Below are positions 27,500 to 40,400 of a DNA stretch of 64,000 bases, piece after piece. The DNA lies in NCBI RefSeq assembly GCF_009914755.1, contig NC_060935.1. The stretch is one strand, 5' to 3'. Made by a program: the position numbers and the translations under genes. This DNA comes from the human T2T-CHM13v2.0 reference genome, Homo sapiens. Under the pieces are notes generated by a model. The model worked only from the letters and a program-made list of their open reading frames with translations. It did no database searches and was not told the DNA's origin. The first letter of the stretch is position 1, and every line of letters begins with the position of its first letter.

Positions 27500-30400
27500 A
27501 AACTTCTTTGTGATGTTTGCATTCAACTCACAGAGTTGAACCTTGCTTTCATAGTTCAGCTTTCAAACACTCTTTTTGTAGAATCTGCAAGTGGATATTT
27601 GGACCACTTTGTGGCCTTCCTTCGAAACGGGTATATCTTCACATCAAACCTAGACAGAAGCATTCTCAGAATGTTTCCTGTGATGACTGCATTCAACTCA
27701 CAGAGGTGAACAATCCTGTTGATGGAGCAGTTTTGAAACTCTCTTTCTTTGGATTCTGCAAGTGGATATGTGGACCTCTGTGAAGATTTCGTTGGAAACG
27801 GTTTCATCTTCACAGAAAAACTAAACAGAAGCATTCTCAGAAACTGCTTTGTGATGTTTGTGTTCCACTTCAGGAATTGAACTTTCCTCTTGACAGAGCA
27901 GCTCTGAAACCCTCTTATTCTAGAATCTGCAAGTGGACATTTGGAGGGCTTTGAGGCCTGTGGTGGAAAAGGAAAATCTTCACATAAAAACTAGATGGAA
28001 GCATTCTCAGAAACTACTTTGTGATGATTGCATTCGACTCACAGAGTTGAACATTCCTATAGATAGAGCAGGTTGTAAACAATCTTTTTGTAGAATCTGC
28101 GATTGGAGATTTGGACTGCTTTGAGGCCTACTGTAGTAAAGGAAATAACTTCATCTAAAAACCAAACGGAAGCATTCACAGACAATTCTTAGTGATCATT
28201 GGATTGAACTAACAGAGCTGAACATTCCTTTAGATGGAGTAGTTTCCAAACACACTTTCTGTAGAATCTGCAAGTGGATATTTGGACTTCTCTGAGGATT
28301 TCGTTGGAAACGGGATAAACTTCCCAGAACTACACGGAAGCATTCTGAGAAACTTCTTTGTGATGTTTGCATTCAACTCACAGAGTTGAAACTTGCTTTC
28401 ATAGTTCAGCTTTCAAACACTCTTTTTGTAGAATCTGCAAGTGGATATTTGGACCACTTTGTGGCCTTCCTTCGAAACGGGTATATCTTCACATCAAACC
28501 TAGACAGAAGCATTCTCAGAATGTTTCCTGTGATGACTGCATTCAACTCCCAGAGGTGAACAATCCTGCTGATGGAGCAGTTTTGAAACTCTCTTTCTTT
28601 GGATTCTGCAAGTGGATATGTGGACCTCTGTGAAGATTTCGTTGGAAACGGGTTCATCTTCACAGAAAAACTAAACAGGAGCATTCTCAGAAACTGCTTT
28701 GTGATGTTTGTGTTCCACTTCAATAATTGAACTTTCCTCTTGACAGAGCAGCTCTGAAACCCTCTTTTTCTAGAATCTGCAAGTGGACATTTGGAGGGCT
28801 TTGAGGCCTGTGGTGGAAAAGGAAAATCTTCACATAAAAACTAGATGGAAGCATTCTCAGAAACTACTTTGTGATGATTGCATTCGACTCACAGAGTTGA
28901 ACATTCCTATAGATAGAGCAGGTTGTAAACAATGTTTTTGTAGAATCTGCGATTGGAGATTTGGACTGCTTTGAGGCCTACTGTAGTAAAGGAAATAACT
29001 TCATCTAAAAACCAAACGGAAGCATTCACAGACAATTCTTAGTGATCATTGGATTGAACTAACAGAGCTGAACATTCCTTTAGGTGGAGCAGTTTCCAAA
29101 CCCACTTTCTGTAGAATCTGCAAGTGGATATTTGGACCTCTCTGAGGATTTCGTTGGAAACGGGATAAACTTCCCAGAAATACACGGAAGCATGCTGAGA
29201 AACTTCTTTGTCATGTTTGCATTCAACTCACAGAGTTGAACCTTGCTTTCATAGTTCAGCTTTCAAACACTCTTTTTGTAGAATCTGCAAGTGGATATTT
29301 GGACCACTTTGTGGCCTTCCTTCGAAACGGGTATATCTTCACATCAAACCTAGACAGAAGCATTCTCAGAATGTTTCCTGTGATGACTGCATTCAACTCA
29401 CAGAGGTGAACAATCCTGCTGATGGAGCAGTTTTGAAACTCTCTTTCTTTGGATTCTGCAAGTGGATATGTGGACCTCTGTGAAGATTTCGTTGGAAACG
29501 GGTTCATCTTCACAGAAAAACTAAACAGAAGCATTCTCAGAAACTGCTTTGTGATGTTTGTGTTCCACTTCAGGAATTGAACTTTCCTCTTGACAGAGCA
29601 GCTCTGAAACCCTCTTATTCTAGAATCTGCAAGTGGACATTTGGAGGGCTTTGAGGCCTGTGGTGGAAAAGGAAAATCTTCACATAAAAACTAGATGGAA
29701 GCATTCTCAGAAACTACTTTGTGATGATTGCATTCGACTCACAGAGTTGAACATTCCTATAGATAGAGCAGGTTGTAAACAATGTTTTTGTAGAATCTGC
29801 GATTGGAGATTTGGACTGCTTTGAGGCCTACTGTAGTAAAGGAAATAACTTCATCTAAAAACCAAACGGAAGCATTCACAGACAATTCTTAGTGATCATT
29901 GCATTGAACTAACAGAGCTGAACATTCCTTTAGATGGCGCAGTTTCCAAACCCACTTTCTGTAGAATCTGCAAGTGGATATTTGGACCTCTCTGAGGATT
30001 TCGTTGGAAACGGGATACACATCCCAGAACTACACGGAAGCATTTTGAGAAACTTCTTTGTGATGTTTGCATTCAACTCACAGAGTTGAACCTTGCTTTC
30101 ATAGTTCAGCTTTCAAACACTCTTTTTGTAGAATCTGCAAGTGGATATTTGGACCACTTTGTGGCCTTCCTTCGAAACGGGTATATCTTCACATCAAACC
30201 TAGACAGAAGCATTCTCAGAATGTTTCCTGTGATGACTGCATTCAACTCACAGAGGTGAACAATCCTGCTGATGGAGCAGTTTTGAAACTCTCTTTCTTT
30301 GGATTCTGCAAGTGGATATGTGGACCTCTGTGAAGATTTCGTTGGAAACGGTTTCATCTTCACAGAAAAACTAAACAGGAGCATTCTCAGAAACTGCTTT

Positions 30401-33400
30401 GTGATGTTTGTGTTCCACTTCAAGAATTGAACTTTCCTCTTGACAGAGCAGCTCTGAAACCCTCTTTTTCTAGAATCTGCAAGTGGACATTTGGAGGGCT
30501 TTGAGGCCTCTGGTGGAAAAGGAAAATCTTCACAGAAAAACTAGATGGAAGCATTCTCAGAAACTACTTTGGGATGATTGCATTCGACTCACAGAGTTGA
30601 ACATTCCTATAGATAGAGCAGGTTGTAAACAATGTTTTTGTAGAATCTGCGATTGGAGATTTGGACTGCTTTGAGGCCTACAGTAGTAAAGGAAATAACT
30701 TCATCTAAAAACCAAACAGAAGCATTCACAGACAATTCTTAGTGATCATTGGATTGAACTAACAGAGCTGAACATTCCTTTAGATGGAGCAGTTTCCAAA
30801 CCCACTTTCTGTAGAATCTGCAAGTGGATATTTGGACTTCTCTGAGGATTTCGTTGGAAACGGGCTAAACTTCCCAGAGCTACACGGAAGCATTGTGAGA
30901 AACTTCTTTGTGATGTTTGCATTCAACTCACAGAGTTGAACCTTGCTTTCATAGTTCAGCTTTCAAACACTCTTTTTGTAGAATCTGCAAGTGGATATTT
31001 GGACCACTTTGTGGCCTTCCTTCGAAACGGGTATATCTTCACATCAAACCTAGACAGAAGCATTCTCAGAATGTTTCCTGTGATGACTGCATTCAACTCA
31101 CAGAGGTGAACAATCCTGTTGATGGAGCAGTTTTGAAACTCTCTTTCTTTGGATTCTGCAAGTGGATATGTGGACCTCTGTGAAGATTTCGTTGGAAACG
31201 GTTTCATCTTCACAGAAAAACTAAACAGAAGCATTCTCAGAAACTGCTTTGTGATGTTTGTGTTCCACTTCAGGAATTGAACTTTCCTCTTGACAGAGCA
31301 GCTCTGAAACCCTCTTATTCTAGAATCTGCAAGTGGACATTTGGAGGGCTTTGAGGCCTGTGGTGGAAAAGGAAAATCTTCACATAAAAACTAGATGGAA
31401 GCATTCTCAGAAACTACTTTGTGATGATTGCATTCGACTCACAGAGTTGAACATTCCTATAGATAGAGCAGGTTGTAAACAATCTTTTTGTAGAATCTGT
31501 GATTGGAGATTTGGACTGCTTTGAGGCCTACTGTAGTAAAGGAAATAACTTCATCTAAAAACCAAACGGAAGCATTCACAGACAATTCTTAGTGATCATT
31601 GGATTGAACTAACAGAGCTGAACATTCCTTTAGATGGAGTAGTTTCCAAACACACTTTCTGTAGAATCTGCAAGTGGATATTTGGACTTCTCTGAGGATT
31701 TCGTTGGAAACGGGATAAACTTCCCAGAACTACACGGAAGCATTCTGAGAAACTTCTTTGTGATGTTTGCATTCAACTCACAGAGTTGAAACTTGCTTTC
31801 ATAGTTCAGCTTTCAAACACTCTTTTTGTAGAATCTGCAAGTGGATATTTGGACCACTTTGTGGCCTTCCTTCGAAACGGGTATATCTTCACATCAAACC
31901 TAGACAGAAGCATTCTCAGAATGTTTCCTGTGATGACTGCATTCAACTCCCAGAGGTGAACAATCCTGCTGATGGAGCAGTTTTGAAACTCTCTTTCTTT
32001 GGATTCTGCAAGTGGATATGTGGACCTCTGTGAAGATTTCGTTGGAAACGGGTTCATCTTCACAGAAAAACTAAACAGGAGCATTCTCAGAAACTGCTTT
32101 GTGATGTTTGTGTTCCACTTCAATAATTGAACTTTCCTCTTGACAGAGCAGCTCTGAAACCCTCTTTTTCTAGAATCTGCAAGTGGACATTTGGAGGGCT
32201 TTGAGGCCTGTGGTGGAAAAGGAAAATCTTCACATAAAAACTAGATGGAAGCATTCTCAGAAACTACTTTGTGATGATTGCATTCGACTCACAGAGTTGA
32301 ACATTCCTATAGATAGAGCAGGTTGTAAACAATGTTTTTGTAGAATCTGCGATTGGAGATTTGGACTGCTTTGAGGCCTACTGTAGTAAAGGAAATAACT
32401 TCATCTAAAAACCAAACGGAAGCATTCACAGACAATTCTTAGTGATCATTGGATTGAACTAACAGAGCTGAACATTCCTTTAGGTGGAGCAGTTTCCAAA
32501 CCCACTTTCTGTAGAATCTGCAAGTGGATATTTGGACCTCTCTGAGGATTTCGTTGGAAACGGGATAAACTTCCCAGAAATACACGGAAGCATGCTGAGA
32601 AACTTCTTTGTCATGTTTGCATTCAACTCACAGAGTTGAACCTTGCTTTCATAGTTCAGCTTTCAAACACTCTTTTTGTAGAATATGCAAGTGGATATTT
32701 GGACCACTTTGTGGCCTTCCTTCGAAACGGGTATATCTTCACATCAAACCTAGACAGAAGCATTCTCAGAATGTTTCCTGTGATGACTGCATTCAACTCA
32801 CAGAGGTGAACAATCCTGCTGATGGAGCAGTTTTGAAACTCTCTTTCTTTGGATTCTGCAAGTGGATATGTGGACCTCTGTGAAGATTTCGTTGGAAACG
32901 GGTTCATCTTCACAGAAAAACTAAACAGAAGCATTCTCAGAAACTGCTTTGTGATGTTTGTGTTCCACTTCAGGAATTGAACTTTCCTCTTGACAGAGCA
33001 GCTCTGAAACCCTCTTATTCTAGAATCTGCAAGTGGACATTTGGAGGGCTTTGAGGCCTGTGGTGGAAAAGGAAAATCTTCACATAAAAACTAGATGGAA
33101 GCATTCTCAGAAACTACTTTGTGATGATTGCATTCGACTCACAGAGTTGAACATTCCTATAGATAGAGCAGGTTGTAAACAATCTTTTTGTAGAATCTGC
33201 GATTGGAGATTTGGACTGCTTTGAGGCCTACTGTAGTAAAGGAAATAACTTCATCTAAAAACCAAACGGAAGCATTCACAGACAATTCTTAGTGATCATT
33301 GCATTGAACTAACAGAGCTGAACATTCCTTTAGATGGCGCAGTTTCCAAACCCACTTTCTGTAGAATCTGCAAGTGGATATTTGGACCTCTCTGAGGATT

Positions 33401-34450
33401 TCGTTGGAAACGGGATACACATCCCAGAACTACACGGAAGCATTGTGAGAAACTTCTTTGTGATGTTTGCATTCAACTCACAGAGTTGAACCTTGCTTTC
33501 ATAGTTCAGCTTTCAAACACTCTTTTTGTAGAATCTGCAAGTGGATATTTGGACCACTTTGTGGCCTTCCTTCGAAACGGGTATATCTTCACATCAAACC
33601 TAGACAGAAGCATTCTCAGAATGTTTCCTGTGATGACTGCATTCAACTCACAGAGGTGAACAATCCTGCTGATGGAGCAGTTTTGAAACTCTCTTTCTTT
33701 GGATTCTGCAAGTGGATATGTGGACCTCTGTGAAGATTTCGTTGGAAACGGTTTCATCTTCACAGAAAAACTAAACAGGAGCATTCTCAGAAACTGCTTT
33801 GTGATGTTTGTGTTCCACTTCAAGAATTGAACTTTCCTCTTGACAGAGCAGCTCTGAAACCCTCTTTTTCTAGAATCTGCAAGTGGACATTTGGAGGGCT
33901 TTGAGGCCTCTGGTGGAAAAGGAAAATCTTCACAGAAAAACTAGATGGAAGCATTCTCAGAAACTACTTTGGGATGATTGCATTCGACTCACAGAGTTGA
34001 ACATTCCTATAGATAGAGCAGGTTGTAAACAATGTTTTTGTAGAATCTGCGATTGGAGATTTGGACTGCTTTGAGGCCTACAGTAGTAAAGGAAATAACT
34101 TCATCTAAAAACCAAACAGAAGCATTCACAGACAATTCTTAGTGATCATTGGATTGAACTAACAGAGCTGAACATTCCTTTAGATGGAGCAGTTTCCAAA
34201 CCAACTTTCTGTAGAATCTGCAAGTGGATATTTGGACTTCTCTGAGGATTTCGTTGGAAACGGGCTAAACTTCCCAGAACTACACGGAAGCATTGTGAGA
34301 AACTTCTTTGTGATGTTTGCATTCAACTCACAGAGTTGAACCTTGCTTTCATAGTTCAGCTTTCAAACACTCTTTTTGTAGAATCTGCAAGTGGATATTT
34401 GGACCACTTTGTGGCCTTCCTTCGAAACGGGTATATCTTCACATCAAACC
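27500..34450 (+). repeat. Tandem duplication of a 4-HOR block, period 3400 bp
   Basis: ORF variants pair at +3400 (27517/30917, 28367/31767, 29208/32608, 30483/33883). Shared TAGGTGGAG, CAATAATT and GGGCTAAAC. Confidence 0.9.
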
Positions 34451-37400
34451 TAGACAGAAGCATTCTCAGAATGTTTCCTGTGATGACTGCATTCATCTCA
34501 CAGAGGTGAACAATCCTGCTGATGGAGCAGTTTTGAAACTCTCTTTCTTAGGATTCTGCAAGTGGATATGTGGACCTCTGTGAAGATTTCGTTGGAAACG
34601 GGTTCATCTTCACAGAAAAACTAAACAGAAGCATTCTCAGAAACTGCTTTGTGATGTTTGTGTTCCACTTCAGGAATTGAACTTTCCTCTTGAGAGAGCA
34701 GCTCTGAAACCCTCTTATTCTAGAATCTGCAAGTGGACATTTGGAGGGCTTTGAGGCCTGTGGTGGAAAAGGAAAATCTTCACATAAAACTAGATGGAAG
34801 CATTCTCAGAAACTACTTTGTGATAATTGCATTCGACTCACAGAGTTGAACATTCCTATAGATAGAGCAGGTTGTAAACAATCTTTTTGTAGAATCTGCG
34901 ATTGGAGATTTGGACTGCTTTGAGGCCTACTGTAGTAAAGGAAATAACTTCATCTAAAAACCAAACGGAAGCATTCACAGACAATTCTTAGTGATCATTG
35001 CATTGAACTAACAGAGCTGAACATTCCTTTAGATGGAGCTGTTTCCAAACCCACTTTCTGTAGAACCTGCAAGTGGATATTTGGACCTCTCTGAGGATTT
35101 CGTTGGAAACGGGATAAACTTCCCAGAACTACACGGAAGCATTGTGAGAAACTTCTTTGTGATGTTTGCATTCAACTCACAGAGTTGAAACTTGCTTTCA
35201 TAGTTCAGCTTTCAAACACTCTTTTTGTAGAATCTGCAAGTGGATATTTGGACCACTTTGTGGCCTTCCTTCGAAACGGGTATATCTTCACATCAAACCT
35301 AGACAGAAGCATTCTCAGAATGTTTCCTGTGATGACTGCATTCAACTCCCAGAGGTGAACAATCCTGCTGATGGAGCAGTTTTGAAACTCTCTTTCTTTG
35401 GATTCTGCAAGTGGATATGTGGACCTCTGTGAAGATTTCGTTGGAAACGGGTTCATCTTCACAGAAAAACTAAACAGGAGCATTCTCAGAAACTGCTTTG
35501 TGATGTTTGTGTTCCACTTCAAGAATTGAACTTTCCTCTTGACAGAGCAGCTCTGAAACCCTCTTTTTCTAGAATCTGCAAGTGGACATTTGGAGGGCTT
35601 TGAGGCCTGTGGTGGAAAAGGAAAATCTTCACATAAAAACTAGATGGAAGCATTCTCAGAAACTACTTTGTGATGATTGCATTCGACTCACAGAGTTGAA
35701 CATTCCTATAGATAGAGCAGGTTGTAAACAATGTTTTTGTAGAATCTGCGATTGGAGATTTGGACTGCTTTGAGGCCTACTGTAGTAAAGGAAATAACTT
35801 CATCTAAAAACCAAACGGAAGCATTCACAGACAATTCTTAGTGATCATTGGATTGAACTAACAGAGCTGAACATTCCTTTAGATGGAGCAGTTTCCAAAC
35901 CCACTTTCTGTAGAATCTGCAAGTGGATATTTGGACTTCTCTGAGGATTTCGTTGGAAACGGGATAAACTTCCCAGAACTACAGGGAAGCATTGTGAGAA
36001 ACTTCTTTGTGATGTTTGCATTCAACTCACAGAGTTGAACCTTGCTTTCATAGTTCAGCTTTCAAACACTCTTTTTGTAGAATCTGCAAGTGGATATTTG
36101 GACCACTTTGTGGCCTTCCTTCGAAACGGGTATATCTTCACATCAAACCTAGACAGAAGCATTCTCAGAATGTTTCCTGTGATGACTGCATTCAACTCAC
36201 AGAGGTGAACAATCCTGCTGATGGAGCAGTTTTGAAACTCTCTTTCTTTGGATTCTGCAAGTGGATATGTGGACCTCTGTGAAGATTTCGTTGTAAACGG
36301 GTTCATCTTCACAGAAAAACTAAACAGAATCATTCTCAGAAACTGCTTTGTGATGTTTGTGTTCCACTTCAGGAATTGAACTTTCCTCTTGACAGAGCAG
36401 CTCTGAAACCCTCTTATTCTAGAATCTGCAAGTGGACATTTGGAGGGCTTTGAGGCCTGTGGTGGAAAAGGAAAATCTTCACATAAAAACTAGATGGAAG
36501 CATTCTCAGAAACTACTTTGTGATGATTGCATTCGACTCACAGAGTTGAACATTCCTATAGATAGAGCAGGTTGTAAACAATGTTTTTGTAGAATCTGCG
36601 ATTGGAGATTTGGACTGCTTTGAGGCCTACTGTAGTAAAGGAAATAACTTCATCTAAAAACCAAACGGAAGCATTCACAGACAATTCTTAGTGATCATTG
36701 CATTGAACTAACAGAGCTGAACATTCCTTTAGATGGCGCAGTTTCCAAACCCACTTTCTGTAGAATCTGCAAGTGGATATTTGGACCTCTCTGAGGATTT
36801 CGTTGGAAACGGGATACACATCCCAGAACTACACGGAAGCATTTTGAGAAACTTCTTTGTGATGTTTGCATTCAACTCACAGAGTTGAACCTTGCTTTCA
36901 TAGTTCAGCTTTCAAACACTCTTTTTGTAGAATCTGCAAGTGGATATTTGGACCACTTTGTGGCCTTCCTTCGAAACGGGTATATCTTCACATCAAACCT
37001 AGACAGAAGCATTCTCAGAATGTTTCCTGTGATGACTGCATTCAACTCACAGAGGTGAACAATCCTGCTGATGGAGCAGTTTTGAAACTCTCTTTCTTTG
37101 GATTCTGCAAGTGGATATGTGGACCTCTGTGAAGATTTCGTTGGAAACGGTTTCATCTTCACAGAAAAACTAAACAGGAGCATTCTCAGAAACTGCTTTG
37201 TGATGTTTGTGTTCCACTTCAAGAATTGAACTTTCCTCTTGACAGAGCAGCTCTGAAACCCTCTTTTTCTAGAATCTGCAAGTGGACATTTGGAGGGCTT
37301 TGAGGCCTCTGGTGGAAAAGGAAAATCTTCACAGAAAAACTAGATGGAAGCATTCTCAGAAACTACTTTGGGATGATTGCATTCGACTCACAGAGTTGAA

Positions 37401-40400
37401 CATTCCTATAGATAGAGCAGGTTGTAAACAATGTTTTTGTAGAATCTGCGATTGGAGATTTGGACTGCTTTGAGGCCTACAGTAGTAAAGGAAATAACTT
37501 CATCTAAAAACCAAACAGAAGCATTCACAGACAATTCTTAGTGATCATTGGATTGAACTAACAGAGCTGAACATTCCTTTAGATGGAGCAGTTTCCAAAC
37601 CCACTTTCTGTAGAATCTGCAAGTGGATATTTGGACTTCTCTGAGGATTTCGTTGGAAACGGGCTAAACTTCCCAGAGCTACACGGAAGCATTGTGAGAA
37701 ACTTCTTTGTGATGTTTGCATTCAACTCACAGAGTTGAACCTTGCTTTCATAGTTCAGCTTTCAAACACTCTTTTTGTAGAATCTGCAAGTGGATATTTG
37801 GACCACTTTGTGGCCTTCCTTCGAAACGGGTATATCTTCACATCAAACCTAGACAGAAGCATTCTCAGAATGTTTCCTGTGATGACTGCATTCAACTCAC
37901 AGAGGTGAACAATCCTGTTGATGGAGCAGTTTTGAAACTCTCTTTCTTTGGATTCTGCAAGTGGATATGTGGACCTCTGTGAAGATTTCGTTGGAAACGG
38001 TTTCATCTTCACAGAAAAACTAAACAGAAGCATTCTCAGAAACTGCTTTGTGATGTTTGTGTTCCACTTCAGGAATTGAACTTTCCTCTTGACAGAGCAG
38101 CTCTGAAACCCTCTTATTCTAGAATCTGCAAGTGGACATTTGGAGGGCTTTGAGGCCTGTGGTGGAAAAGGAAAATCTTCACATAAAAACTAGATGGAAG
38201 CATTCTCAGAAACTACTTTGTGATGATTGCATTCGACTCACAGAGTTGAACATTCCTATAGATAGAGCAGGTTGTAAACAATCTTTTTGTAGAATCTGTG
38301 ATTGGAGATTTGGACTGCTTTGAGGCCTACTGTAGTAAAGGAAATAACTTCATCTAAAAACCAAACGGAAGCATTCACAGACAATTCTTAGTGATCATTG
38401 GATTGAACTAACAGAGCTGAACATTCCTTTAGATGGAGTAGTTTCCAAACACACTTTCTGTAGAATCTGCAAGTGGATATTTGGACTTCTCTGAGGATTT
38501 CGTTGGAAACGGGATAAACTTCCCAGAACTACACGGAAGCATTCTGAGAAACTTCTTTGTGATGTTTGCATTCAACTCACAGAGTTGAAACTTGCTTTCA
38601 TAGTTCAGCTTTCAAACACTCTTTTTGTAGAATCTGCAAGTGGATATTTGGACCACTTTGTGGCCTTCCTTCGAAACGGGTATATCTTCACATCAAACCT
38701 AGACAGAAGCATTCTCAGAATGTTTCCTGTGATGACTGCATTCAACTCCCAGAGGTGAACAATCCTGCTGATGGAGCAGTTTTGAAACTCTCTTTCTTTG
38801 GATTCTGCAAGTGGATATGTGGACCTCTGTGAAGATTTCGTTGGAAACGGGTTCATCTTCACAGAAAAACTAAACAGGAGCATTCTCAGAAACTGCTTTG
38901 TGATGTTTGTGTTCCACTTCAATAATTGAACTTTCCTCTTGACAGAGCAGCTCTGAAACCCTCTTTTTCTAGAATCTGCAAGTGGACATTTGGAGGGCTT
39001 TGAGGCCTGTGGTGGAAAAGGAAAATCTTCACATAAAAACTAGATGGAAGCATTCTCAGAAACTACTTTGTGATGATTGCATTCGACTCACAGAGTTGAA
39101 CATTCCTATAGATAGAGCAGGTTGTAAACAATGTTTTTGTAGAATCTGCGATTGGAGATTTGGACTGCTTTGAGGCCTACTGTAGTAAAGGAAATAACTT
39201 CATCTAAAAACCAAACGGAAGCATTCACAGACAATTCTTAGTGATCATTGGATTGAACTAACAGAGCTGAACATTCCTTTAGGTGGAGCAGTTTCCAAAC
39301 CCACTTTCTGTAGAATCTGCAAGTGGATATTTGGACCTCTCTGAGGATTTCGTTGGAAACGGGATAAACTTCCCAGAAATACACGGAAGCATGCTGAGAA
39401 ACTTCTTTGTCATGTTTGCATTCAACTCACAGAGTTGAACCTTGCTTTCATAGTTCAGCTTTCAAACACTCTTTTTGTAGAATATGCAAGTGGATATTTG
39501 GACCACTTTGTGGCCTTCCTTCGAAACGGGTATATCTTCACATCAAACCTAGACAGAAGCATTCTCAGAATGTTTCCTGTGATGACTGCATTCAACTCAC
39601 AGAGGTGAACAATCCTGCTGATGGAGCAGTTTTGAAACTCTCTTTCTTTGGATTCTGCAAGTGGATATGTGGACCTCTGTGAAGATTTCGTTGGAAACGG
39701 GTTCATCTTCACAGAAAAACTAAACAGAAGCATTCTCAGAAACTGCTTTGTGATGTTTGTGTTCCACTTCAGGAATTGAACTTTCCTCTTGACAGAGCAG
39801 CTCTGAAACCCTCTTATTCTAGAATCTGCAAGTGGACATTTGGAGGGCTTTGAGGCCTGTGGTGGAAAAGGAAAATCTTCACATAAAAACTAGATGGAAG
39901 CATTCTCAGAAACTACTTTGTGATGATTGCATTCGACTCACAGAGTTGAACATTCCTATAGATAGAGCAGGTTGTAAACAATCTTTTTGTAGAATCTGCG
40001 ATTGGAGATTTGGACTGCTTTGAGGCCTACTGTAGTAAAGGAAATAACTTCATCTAAAAACCAAACGGAAGCATTCACAGACAATTCTTAGTGATCATTG
40101 CATTGAACTAACAGAGCTGAACATTCCTTTAGATGGCGCAGTTTCCAAACCCACTTTCTGTAGAATCTGCAAGTGGATATTTGGACCTCTCTGAGGATTT
40201 CGTTGGAAACGGGATACACATCCCAGAACTACACGGAAGCATTGTGAGAAACTTCTTTGTGATGTTTGCATTCAACTCACAGAGTTGAACCTTGCTTTCA
40301 TAGTTCAGCTTTCAAACACTCTTTTTGTAGAATCTGCAAGTGGATATTTGGACCACTTTGTGGCCTTCCTTCGAAACGGGTATATCTTCACATCAAACCT

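Noticed and set aside
36286-36302. Box variant TTCGTTGTAAACGGG (also at ~43085) as a CENP-B box loss
   Set aside because: The change is at a non-core N position, so all nine core bases remain intact.
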